From assembly GCA_012295275.1 (NCBI GenBank), contig CM022677.1:9238001-9302000 (forward strand): DNA of 64,000 nt. The letters are read 5' to 3'. Below the pieces are notes generated by a model, which did no database searches, was not told where the DNA came from, and saw nothing but the letters and a program-made list of their open reading frames with translations. This document shows, piece by piece, positions 27,101 through 39,160 of the stretch (its first letter is position 1; every line of letters starts with the position of its first letter). The DNA is from Chrysomallon squamiferum (taxonomy: Eukaryota; Animalia; Mollusca). A program made the translations under genes and the position numbers.

Positions 27101-30100
27101 ACTTCTTATTTCTATCTATCGCAGTAGTAAGACAATGACTGACGTGTACGAACTGGAACCGAACAGACATTTCTATGTGAGATCGGAAGCTTCAGCTGTG
27201 GCACTCGCGACATGTGGTGCCTCATTCCAAGCTACGAGCTACAATCATCGGAGACACTGCAGCAGGCACATAAGCACCTAACAAGGTTAACCACAGATGG
27301 CGAGAGCGGTGAAGAATGCGCTCTTTTCGTTGCCACTGTACTCGTCTTTAAGCAAGCAGATCTAACGATGAGCGGCATTCGGGGTGTGCTGTCTATATTT
27401 TGTTTCTGGGTTCCTTGGTTAAAGTGAAAAAAATCATGCGTTTGCTTATCTACTAATACGGAAAATGAACGAGCTGTAACGATGAGCGGCATTCGGGGTG
27501 TGCTGTCTATATTTTGTTTTCTGGTTCCTTGGTTAAAGTAAAAAAAAAATCATGCGTTTGCTTATCTACTAATACGGAAAATGAACGAGTTGTAACCTGC
27601 GTTTCGGTGTGAGCGTGATTGATTGTGTGTGTTTGTTAGAGCGAGAAGACATGCAACTCCTGTTCGGTTCGAACTACTCTTGGAAGACGAAGGTGTGCGA
27701 AGCCGAATCTAACGGTTAGTACTTAACACCCTCGAGACGATATCTTCATTACAGAACGATTCAGACTTCTTATTTCTATCTATCGCAGTAGTAAGACAAT
27801 GACTGACGTGTACGAACTGGAACCGAACAGACATTTCTATGTGAGATCGGAAGCTTCAGCTGTGGCACTCGCGACATGTGGTGCCTCATTCCAAGCTACG
27901 AGCTACAATCATCGGAGACACTGCAGCAGGCACATAAGCACCTAACAAGGTTAACCACAGATGGCGAGAGCGGTGAAGAATGCGCTCTTTTCGTTGCCAC
28001 TGTACTCGTCTTTAAGCAAGCAGATCTAACGATGAGCGGCATTCGGGGTGTGCTGTCTATATTTTGTTTCTGGGTTCCTTGGTTAAAGTGAAAAAATCAA
28101 AAAAAATCATGCGTTTGCTTATCTACTAATACGGAAAATGAACGAGCTGTAACGATGAGCGGCATTCGGGGTGTGCTGTCTATATTTTGTTTCTGGGTTC
28201 CGTTTGCTTATCTACTAATACGGAAAATTGGTTAAAGTCTAAAAAAATCATGCGTTTGTTTGAAAAAAATCGTTTACTAATACGGAAAATGAACGAGTTG
28301 TAACCTGCGTTTCGGTGTGAGCGTGATTGCGTGTGTGTTTGTTGATTGCGTGTGTGTTTGTTAGAGCGAGAAGACATGCAACTCCTGTTCGGTTCGAACT
28401 ACTCTTGGAAGACGAAGGTGTGCGAAGCCGAATCTAACGGTTAGTACTTAACACCCTCGAGACGATATCTTCATTACAGAACGATTCAGGCTTCTTATTT
28501 CTATCTATCGCAGTAGTAAGACAATGACTGACGTGTACGAACTGGAACCGAACAGACATTTCTATGTGAGATCGGAAGCTTCAGCTGTGGCACTCGCGAC
28601 ATGTGGTGCCTCATTCCAAGCTACGAGCTACAATCATCGGAGACACTGCAGCAGGCACATAAGCACCTAACAAGGTTAACCACAGATGGCGAGAGCGGTG
28701 AAGAATGCGCTCTTTTCGTTGCCACTGTACTCGTCTTTAAGCAAGCAGATCTAACGATGAGCGGCATTCGGGGTGTGCTGTCTATATTTTGTTTCTGGGT
28801 TCCTTGGTTAAAGTAAAAAAAAAAATCATGCGTTTGCTTATCTACTAATACGGAAAATGAACGAGCTGTAACGATGAGCGGCATTCGGGGTGTGCTGTCT
28901 ATATTTTGTTTCTGGGTTCCTTGGTTAAAGTGAAAAAATCATGCGTTTGAAAAAAAAATCATGCGTTTATCTACTAATACGGAAAATGAACGAGTTGTAA
29001 CCTGCGTTTCGGTGTGAGCGTGATTGCGTGTGTGTTTGTTAGAGCGAGAAGACATGCAACTCCTGTTCGGTTCGAACTACTCTTGGAAGACGAAGGTGTG
29101 CGAAGCCGAATCTAACGGTTAGTACTTAACACCCTCGAGACGATATCTTCATTACAGAACGATTCAGGCTTCTTATTTCTATCTATCGCAGTAGTAAGAC
29201 AATGACTGACGTGTACGAACTGGAACCGAACAGACATTTCTATGTGAGATCGGAAGCTTCAGCTGTGGCACTCGCGACATGTGGTGCCTCATTCCAAGCT
29301 ACGAGCTACAATCATCGGAGACACTGCAGCAGGCACATAAGCACCTAACAAGGTTAACCACAGATGGCGAGAGCGGTGAAGAATGCGCTCTTTTCGTTGC
29401 CACTGTACTCGTCTTTAAGCAAGCAGATCTAACGATGAGCGGCATTCGGGGTGTGCTGTCTATATTTTGTTTCTGGGTTCCTTGGTTAAAGTGAAAAAAA
29501 TCATGCGTTTGCTTATCTACTAATACGGAAAATGAACGAGCTGTAACCTGCGTTTCGATGAGCGGATGAGCGGCATTCTGGGTTCCTTGGGGGTGTGCTG
29601 TCTATATTTTGTTTCTGGGTTCCTTGGTTAAAGTGAAAAAAATCATGCGTTTGCTTATCTACTAATACGGAAAATGAACGAGTTGTAACCTGCGTTTCGG
29701 TGTGAGCGTGATTGCGTGTGTGTTTGTTAGAGCGAGAAGACATGCAACTCCTGTTCGGTTCGAACTACTCTTGGAAGACGAAGGTGTGCGAAGCCGAATC
29801 TAACGGTTAGTACTTAACACCCTCGAGACGATATCTTCATTACAGAACGATTCAGACTTCTTATTTCTATCTATCGCAGTAGTAAGACAATGACTGACGT
29901 GTACGAACTGGAACCGAACAGACATTTCTATGTGAGATCGGAAGCTTCAGCTGTGGCACTCGCGACATGTGGTGCCTCATTCCAAGCTACGAGCTACAAT
30001 CATCGGAGACACTGCAGCAGGCACATAAGCACCTAACAAGGTTAACCACAGATGGCGAGAGCGGTGAAGAATGCGCTCTTTTCGTTGCCACTGTACTCGT

Positions 30101-33100
30101 CTTTAAGCAAGCAGATCTAACGATGAGCGGCATTCGGGGTGTGCTGTCTATATTTTGTTTCTGGGTTCCTTGGTTAAAGTGAAAAAAATCATGCGTTTGC
30201 TTATCTACTAATACGGAAAATGAACGAGCTGTTAAAGTGGAAAATGAAAAAAAATCATGCGTTTGCTTATCTACTAATACGGAAAATGAACGAGCTGTAA
30301 CGATGAGCGGCATTCGGGGTGTGCTGTCTATATTTTGTTTCTGGGTTCCTTGGTTATCTTGAAAAAAAAAAATCATGCGTTTGCTTATCTACTAATACGG
30401 AAAATGAACGAGTTGTAACCTGCGTTTCGGTGTGAGCGTGATTGCGTGTGTGTTTGTTAGAGCGAGAAAATGAACGAGTTGTAAAGACATGCAACTCCTG
30501 TTCGGTTCGAACTACTCTTGGAAGACGAAGGTGTGCGAAGCCGAATCTAACGGTTAGTACTTAACACCCTCGAGACGATATCTTCATTACAGAACGATTC
30601 AGACTTCTTATTTCTATCTATCGCAGTAGTAAGACAATGACTGACGTGTACGAACTGGAACCGAACAGACATTTCTATGTGAGATCGGAAGCTTCAGCTG
30701 TGGCACTCGCGACATGTGGTGCCTCATTCCAAGCTACGAGCTACAATCATCGGAGACACTGCAGCAGGCACATAAGCACCTAACAAGGTTAACCACAGAT
30801 GGCGAGAGCGGTGAAGAATGCGCTCTTTTCGTTGCCACTGTACTCGTCTTTAAGCAAGCAGATCTAACGATGAGCGGCATTCGGGGTGTGCTGTCTATAT
30901 TTTGTTTCTGGGTTCCTTGGTTAAAGTGAAAAAAATCATGCGTTTGCTTATCTACTAATACGGAAAATGAACGAGCTGTAACGATGAGCGGCATTCGGGG
31001 TGTGCTGTCTGTCTATATTTTGTTTCTGGGTTCCTTGGTTAAAGTGAAAAAAAAAAATCATGCGTTTGCTTATCTACTAATACGGAAAATGAACGAGTTG
31101 TAACCTGCGTTTCGGTGTGAGCGTGATTGATTGTGTGTGTTGTTTGTTAGAGCGAGAAGACATGCAACTCCTGTTCGGTTCGAACTACTCTTGGAAGACG
31201 AAGGTGTGCGAAGCCGAATCTAACGGTTAGTACTTAACACCCTCGAGACGATATCTTCATTACAGAACGATTCAGGCTTCTTATTTCTATCTATCGCAGT
31301 AGTAAGACAATGACTGACGTGTACGAACTGGAACCGAACAGACATTTCTATGTGAGATCGGAAGCTTCAGCTGTGGCACTCGCGACATGTGGTGCCTCAT
31401 TCCAAGCTACGAGCTACAATCATCGGAGACACTGCAGCAGGCACATAAGCACCTAACAAGGTTAACCACAGATGGCGAGAGCGGTGAAGAATGCGCTCTT
31501 TTCGTTGCCACTGTACTCGTCTTTAAGCAAGCAGATCTAACGATGAGCGGCATTCGGGGTGTGCTGTCTATATTTTGTTTCTGGGTTCCTTGGTTAAAGT
31601 GAAAAAAATCATGCGTTTGCTTATCTACTAATACGGAAAATGAACGAGCTGTAACGATGAGCGGCATTCGGGGTGTGCTGTCTATATTTTGTTTCTGGGT
31701 TCCTTGGAAAAAAAAAATCATGCGTTTGCTTATCTACTAATACGGAAAATGAACGAGTTGTAACCTGCGTTTCGGTGTGAGCGTGATTGCGTGTGTGTTT
31801 GTTAGAGCGAGAAGACATGCAACTCCTGTTCGGTTCGAACTACTCTTGGAAGACGAAGGTGTGCGAAGCCGAATCTAACGGTTAGTACTTAACACCCTCG
31901 AGACGATATCTTCATTACAGAACGATTCAGACTTCTTATTTCTATCTATCGCAGTAGTAAGACAATGACTGACGTGTACGAACTGGAACCGAACAGACAT
32001 TTCTATGTGAGATCGGAAGCTTCAGCTGTGGCACTCGCGACATGTGGTGCCTCATTCCAAGCTACGAGCTACAATCATCGGAGACACTGCAGCAGGCACA
32101 TAAGCACCTAACAAGGTTAACCACAGATGGCGAGAGCGGTGAAGAATGCGCTCTTTTCGTTGCCACTGTACTCGTCTTTAAGCAAGCAGATCTAACGATG
32201 AGCGGCATTCGGGGTGTGCTGTCTATATTTTGTTTCTGGGTTCCTTGGTTAAAGTGTGAAAAAATCATGCGTTTGCTTATCTACTAATACGGAAAATGAA
32301 CGAGCTGTAACGATGAGCGGCATTCGGGGTGTGCTGTCTATATTTTGTTTCTGGGTTCCTTGGTTAAAGTGAAAAAAATCATGCGTTTGCTTATCTACTA
32401 ATACGGAAAATGAACGAGCTGTAACGATGAGCGGCATTCGGGGTGTGCTGTCTATATTTTGTTTCTGGGTTCCTTGGTTAAAGTGAAAAAAATCATGCGT
32501 TTGCTTATCTACTAATACGGAAAATGAACGAGTTGTAACCTGCGTTTCGGTGTGAGCGTGATTGCGTGTGTGTTTGTTAGAGCGAGAAGACATGCAACTC
32601 CTGTTCGGTTCGAACTACTCTTGGAAGACGAAGGTGTGCGAAGCCGAATCTAACGGTTAGTACTTAACACCCTCGAGACGATATCTTCATTACAGAACGA
32701 TTCAGGCTTCTTATTTCTATCTATCGCAGTAGTAAGACAATGACTGACGTGTACGAACTGGAACCGAACAGACATTTCTATGTGAGATCGGAAGCTTCAG
32801 CTGTGGCACTCGCGACATGTGGTGCCTCATTCCAAGCTACGAGCTACAATCATCGGAGACACTGCAGCAGGCACATAAGCACCTAACAAGGTTAACCACA
32901 GATGGCGAGAGCGGTGAAGAATGCGCTCTTTTCGTTGCCACTGTACTCGTCTTTAAGCAAGCAGATCTAACGATGAGCGGCATTCGGGGTGTGCTGTCTA
33001 TATTTTGTTTCTGGGTTCCTTGGTTAAAGTGAAAAAAATCATGCGTTTGCTTATCTACTAATACGGAAAATGAACGAGCTGTAACGATGAGCGGCATTCG

Positions 33101-34256
33101 GGGTGTGCTGTCTATATTTTGTTTCTGGGTTCCTTGGTTAAAGTGAAAAAAATCATGCGTTTGCTTATCTACTAATACGGAAAATGAACGAGTTGTAACC
33201 TGCGTTTCGGTGTGAGCGTGATTGCGTGTGTGTTTGTTAGAGCGAGAAGACATGCAACTCCTGTTCGGTTCGAACTACTCTTGGAAGACGAAGGTGTGCG
33301 AAGCCGAATCTAACGGTTAGTACTTAACACCCTCGAGACGATATCTTCATTACAGAACGATTCAGGCTTCTTATTTCTATCTATCGCAGTAGTAAGACAA
33401 TGACTGACGTGTACGAACTGGAACCGAACAGACATTTCTATGTGAGATCGGAAGCTTCAGCTGTGGCACTCGCGACATGTGGTGCCTCATTCCAAGCTAC
33501 GAGCTACAATCATCGGAGACACTGCAGCAGGCACATAAGCACCTAACAAGGTTAACCACAGATGGCGAGAGCGGTGAAGAATGCGCTCTTTTCGTTGCCA
33601 CTGTACTCGTCTTTAAGCAAGCAGATCTAACGATGAGCGGCATTCGGGGTGTGCTGTCTATATTTTGTTTCTGGGTTCCTTGGTTAAAGTGAAAAAAATC
33701 ATGCGTTTGCTTATCTACTAATACGGAAAATGAACGAGCTGTAACGATGAGCGGCATTCGGGGTGTGCTGTCTATATTTTGTTTCTGGGTTCCTTGGTTA
33801 AAGTGAAAAAAATCATGCGTTTGCTTATCTACTAATACGGAAAATGAACGAGTTGTAACCTGCGTTTCGGTGTGAGCGTGATTGCGTGTGTGTTTGTTAG
33901 AGCGAGAAGACATGCAACTCCTGTTCGGTTCGAACTACTCTTGGAAGACGAAGGTGTGCGAAGCCGAATCTAACGGTTAGTACTTAACACCCTCGAGACG
34001 ATATCTTCATTACAGAACGATTCAGACTTCTTATTTCTATCTATCGCAGTAGTAAGACAATGACTGACGTGTACGAACTGGAACCGAACAGACATTTCTA
34101 TGTGAGATCGGAAGCTTCAGCTGTGGCACTCGCGACATGTGGTGCCTCATTCCAAGCTACGAGCTACAATCATCGGAGACACTGCAGCAGGCACATAAGC
34201 ACCTAACAAGGTTAACCACAGATGGCGAGAGCGGTGAAGAATGCGCTCTTTTCGTT
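24134..34256. repeat. Tandem array of 15 near-identical head-to-tail units (canonical 660 bp = ~430-bp invariant core + 2 x 115-bp sub-repeat; some units have 3 sub-repeats)
   Basis: Landmark ATGTGGTGCCTC recurs at 24463, 25127, 25794, 26552, 27212, 27876, 28601, 29279, 29967, 30714, 31387, 32042, 32817, 33477, 34137 (periods 655-775). No conserved ORF and no rRNA/tRNA/snRNA signature recognised. Confidence 0.97.
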
Positions 34257-35010
34257 ACCATTGTACTCGTCTTTAACCAAACAGAACTAACGATGAGGAG
34301 CATTCGGAGTATGCTATCTATATTTTGTTTCGGTGTTTCTTTGTTAAAATGAAGAACCAGGCATTGCTCTTCCACTAATAACGAAGATGAATCAGTACTA
34401 ACCTGTGTTTGATGGTGAGCTTGTTTGTATATGTGTTTCTCACAGCGAAAATACAAGGAACTCCTGTTTTGGTGGAAGTCCTCTTCGAAGACGAAGGTTT
34501 GCGAATCCACATCGATGTGTAACAGCTGCGATAGAAGAGCTTCGTATCAGAGCGATTCAAAGTTATTATTTGTGTAAATCTCAGGAGAAAGGTACTGAGC
34601 CGCATTTACGAAATAGGAATCGAAACAGGAATGTTGTCAGATTCCAAGCCTGAACTTCCAGTGTGGCATTCACATGTGTGGTCTTATTCCAGTCCACGGC
34701 TTTTACGGGCTACAATTGTCACGTTCACAGCGTCTTGTACACAGACAGGTAATAAGGAGTAGAGATTGCGAAACTAGTTGTTATAGAAGCAGTGGGCTAA
34801 CCTATTCAGTGAGAACGACAATTATAGTTCGTAAAACCGTGGATTGGAATAACGAAATGGATGTCGTCAATGAGCCTTGCGATCTTACACACCAATGTCT
34901 CTACGATTCCTGTTTCGTATAGGTGCGTCAGTATCTTTCTACTCCGATAGGTAGAAATAACAAGTTTGAATCGTTCTGTTATGAAGCTATTCTCTCGGAG
35001 GTTTTACGTA
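34257..35010. repeat. Diverged monomer of the array (direct, ~34257-34760) followed by an inverted diverged partial monomer (~34807-35010)
   Basis: Collinear similarity to the array unit (e.g. CTCTTCGAAGACGAAGGTTTGCGAATCC vs CTCTTGGAAGACGAAGGTGTGCGAAGCC); 34870-35000 matches the reverse complement of the unit (TGAATCGTTCTGTTATGAAG vs TGAATCGTTCTGTAATGAAG). Confidence 0.85.
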
Positions 35011-36789
35011 CTCTTATATATAACTGTTATATCAGCAATTCTACTGATATTATTGCTATTCAGCAATACTACCTGTATCACTAGTAATCTGCCAAAAGGA
35101 AAGACGGAGAAGGCGAAAGAGAGACAGAGAAAGTCAGAGGCAGACAGAGAAAGCGACAGATACAGAGAGAAAGAGAGATAGGAGAGAGACAGAGACAGAG
35201 AGTAAAAGACTAACCAAATACTAACATTTAACAAATACTAACCATTAACCAAATATTAACTATTAACTAAAAACTAACCACTAACCAGATACTATCCATT
35301 CACAAAATACTAACCATTACTAACATCCCCTACGTGTACTGAACCTCACCGTTGTGTAGGGGTGGCAACATTTCCAAAGGGAATGTCTAATTAGCACATT
35401 AATATAAACATTTAATTGGTTACACAGACAGATTATGATAGATAAATAGAAATACCTACATACAGAGGTAGTTACTGAAGATAGATGAACAGATGGATAC
35501 ATAGGGTATTGCTACTTTATCTAATTTAGAATACAGTGCCATTAATTTGAAAGCCCTTTCTGTATACAGATAGACTGACAGGCCAACAGAGTATAGACAG
35601 AAGTGTATGTACTTAAGAATAAGTTAGGACATAAATATCTACCCTCTCTTTCTGCAAATTACTCTAATTAGATGGATGATTTTATTTTACCAGATATTAT
35701 ATAGATAATCAAGTATTATAGGTTCTGTGATTAATGTGCTCTTTAACAGAAAATATTATAGAAACTTATCTTATCGTATTTACCTTCTTATCAGCAGATG
35801 AAGGCTATGCTTTCAGTGTAGACAGAGACTAGATTTCCAGATTAATGTTCTGTTCATAAACAATACAAGAAATCACTAGTCTCTAATTAACTATTGGTAC
35901 TTCCAGTCATGCCTCCCTCATAACTCCATATATTCATCATCACAGTTTATACATTAAGCCAACTTCCATTGATACATCACTCAATCCATGAACCTACAAT
36001 GAGGACCTTATTTGTTAACAATGTGATAATGCCTGAAAATTGCTTGCTTGTATAATTGAAATATTTCGGTCCATCATTCCCTCTTTTTATCCTTTTATTA
36101 CTTTCCCAATTCTTCTTTGCACCAAAACTTTCATCCATCCTTACTTACCTGCATATGTCTATCTATTTGTTTTATTTCATCATCAATTTCTGTATTTGTC
36201 TATCTATCTGTCTGTTTGTTGGTCACACCTGCTGACCTCTTTCTAACATAGTTATTAGAAACAGACTTTAATGAAGAAATCATATGATTCTCTTACTTAT
36301 ATACACATGCCTATTACCCGTCTAGCTAACCATTTTTTCATCACTATCTTCATGAATCTATCTATTCTGTATCTGTATATCTATATATTTATTTGTTTAT
36401 TTATATAATTATCTCTCATTCTCTGAAAAATCACACACACATGGCATACTTCTGTCTTTCATACAGTTAACACCTGTTCTCTCTGTAACACAGAAACACA
36501 TATAATCACACCTACGTATCAGTCTCTCTCAGTCTAGCTATCTATCTATAATCTATCTAACAGAGATTCAAATACTCTTATTCATACATTCAGTTATATA
36601 CCAATCCTCTAACATAAATACAAATACTCAAGATTATGAGCCTATGTATCTGTTTATGTAGTTTGTATATATAGTTTATTCTGTGTATGTGTTTTGTGTG
36701 TGTGTCCATCCATCCATCTATATCTACCCTCTATAACACACATATACATACATAAATTTGTTCACTCAATATTTTTTTTTTTCTTCTGA

Positions 36790-36936
36790 TTATGAAGACT
36801 GTACAGCAACTCCTTTGCTTCTCTGGATGGCAGACTTGCTGTCAGCTATGGCTAAATCAAGAGCTTCACATTTTGCCTTCAAGCCACTCATTATTGCCTG
36901 AGTATCAATGTCCTTGGGTTTGTTTTCCAATGACAC
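36790..36936 (-). CDS. Possible orphan terminal coding exon (VSLENKPKDIDTQAIMSGLKAKCEALDLAIADSKSAIQRSKGVAVQSS*)
   Basis: TTTTATTAG| acceptor, 48 sense codons and TAA, coding-like composition amid AT-rich DNA; no family recognised. Confidence 0.35.
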   Translation of the reverse strand: MSLENKPKDIDTQAIMSGLKAKCEALDLAIADSKSAIQRSKGVAVQSS

Positions 36937-37744
36937 CTAATAAAATGAACAACATGTGAAAGTTTTGGATGAAAAGGTTTTTAATTTTAAAAAATAATAA
37001 TAAATTAAATAAAATAAATCAATAAATATATATATATATAATGTTAAATAGAAAGAAAAAATGAAACTGACTATATAGTAAATATGTTTCTCCTGATACT
37101 TTGAAAGAATAAATGATAAAATTAAAAAAGAATGCCTCCCAACAGAACATATAGATTATAACACACCTGCAACAATGATTGGAAGTGCACTGTTAGTGAT
37201 TTTATACACACACACACAGAAAAACATATGGTACTGAATGCATATACAATTCTAAAAGAAACCAAATTCAATACATTAAAAATTGACAGAAAATTTAAAA
37301 ACAAATAAACATCAGAATATTAATAAAATACAAAAAGAAATAATAAATTCCGATATTAAAAAACCTATTCTATCAAATGACACAATAAATTATTTTATTT
37401 ACTGATTTTTTTATTATCACAACAATAAGCAAAGTAGACAGTCCTTTCACTGCAGTCTAGTTTTTAAACAACAGTCAGCCATATTGAAATGGAGACTGGA
37501 GTGGATGAATGTTGCTACCAGCAAAGAGTAAAGAAATACACCTTTCATCATCAAACTCAAAATTATTTTTAGTAAAAACTACACAACAACAACCTTACCA
37601 AACAGGAGTTGTGTATGTTCTTGCGGTAAGAAGCATATATATATATATGTGCTCACCATGAAATGTAGCTCATCAGTCCATTATCTTCATTTTTTACTAT
37701 TAGTGATCATATGGGCAGCACCTGAAAAGACAATAGTGAATTAT

Positions 37745-38022
37745 TAGTGCCTGTCTATACAATATGAACATAATATTTAGTTCTAATGGATAGCTCGATT
37801 CCTAAAACCTAGGTATAGAGACAAAAATCACCTTCCTAGGGTGAATAGGTAGGGAGTTATGGTCATTTATATGTAATGACAGCCATCTTGTACACCATCT
37901 TGAAGTTCTCAAATTGCTCAAAGGTGACAACATGTCATCAAGTAGTTTCTGAAAATAGAGACCCTTGGCTACCTAAATCAACAATAAAAAAAACCTTAAT
38001 ACAACCACACAGGGTCAACCCT
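37745..38022. mobile_element. Probable non-autonomous DNA-transposon remnant
   Basis: Motifs AAAACCTAGGTATAGAGACAAAAATCACCTTCCTAG and repeated (G/A)CCATCTTG resemble invertebrate non-autonomous DNA elements; ends and TSD not resolved. Confidence 0.35.
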
Positions 38023-38289
38023 CTCTGTTCCCAGACTATGTGTTTACTACAGCGAAAACATAGGCTCTTCGAAGTTGGTGGTGTGCGAAGCCACATGTAA
38101 CAGTGAATACCATCACAGTGAGACCCACTGCAGTTGTCTTACTTTCTTACAGTGAACAGATATGCAGCTCATTTTTGGCTGAAATTGAAGTCAAAGTGCA
38201 CAAAGAGACATTTAATAGTAAGCGAGTCATTGAAAGACGATCTTGCAAATGAAATGGATTCAAAGCTGTTACTTGAGCGTACTCGCACT

Positions 38290-39160
38290 GGTTTCAATAA
38301 TGGTGGTAGCAGTATTGTTAGACTGGACAGTGTTGGTATTATTGATGCAATACCAGAGAGTGCTGGTATTAGTAATGGTCACAGTAATATAAATGGTAAT
38401 GATGGTGTTATTAGATTGGATAGTGCTGGTATTGTTGATGGTTATAGCAGCAGCACTTGTGGATAATTACACCTAAAAGTACAGCTGTTAGAGATGGTAA
38501 TGGGTTTGGTAGCAGTGATAGTGATGGTATCATTGATCACAGTAGCTTATTAAAGAAGATAGTGCTGGTATTAGTGATGGTAATAACAGCAGTATGCTGG
38601 TATTATTAGATGCAATATTGCTCTTTAGAGGGAAGGTAGTGGCAGCGTCACCCATGATATTATTAGACATGATGGTGTCAATGAATGTAACAGTGGCAGT
38701 ACCAGTCATATTATTACTGTGCTGGTATTAGTGATGCTCACATTAGTGAATTTAAGGGCAGCAGTAATAGTGGTATTATTAGACCGTATAGTGTGGGTAT
38801 TATTATGGTAATAGCCAGTGGTACTGATATGAGTATCAGTTGCGACAGTGCTGGTAATAGCACCAGATCTACTGGTATTACTAGACATGTCTGTGCTTGT
38901 ATCAGCAATGGTAATAGCACCGGAACTTCTGGTATTATTAGAGCAGACACTGCTGGTTTTAGTGACAGTAAAAGCAGCTGCACTTGTGCTATTATTAGAT
39001 GCGATACTCCTCGTATTTATGATGGCAATAGCAGTAGTACTGGTAGTATTATCAGATGTGATAGCTCGATTATTAGTGATGTAGCAGACAGATAGTGCTG
39101 GTATTATTGATGGTAATGGTGGAACTGGTGGCATTACTTGATTGGACAGTGCTGGTTTTA
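38290..39160. repeat. Degenerate ~50-bp GGT/AGT-rich minisatellite
   Basis: Recurring GGTATTATTAGA...AGTGCTGGTATTAGTGATGGTAATAGCAG motif; produces several spurious overlapping ORFs. Confidence 0.75.

Noticed and set aside
24134-34256. CRISPR-like array or tandem rRNA/tRNA/snRNA/histone genes
   Set aside because: No unique spacers (units are near-identical), no cas genes, and no recognisable 5S, tRNA cloverleaf, U1/U2/U5/U6 or histone sequence
24463-34352. Repeated 71-aa ORF MWCLIPSYELQ... and antisense ORFs as tandem protein genes
   Set aside because: No family similarity; the diverged monomer shows indels, stops and no codon-position bias, so the ORFs appear incidental
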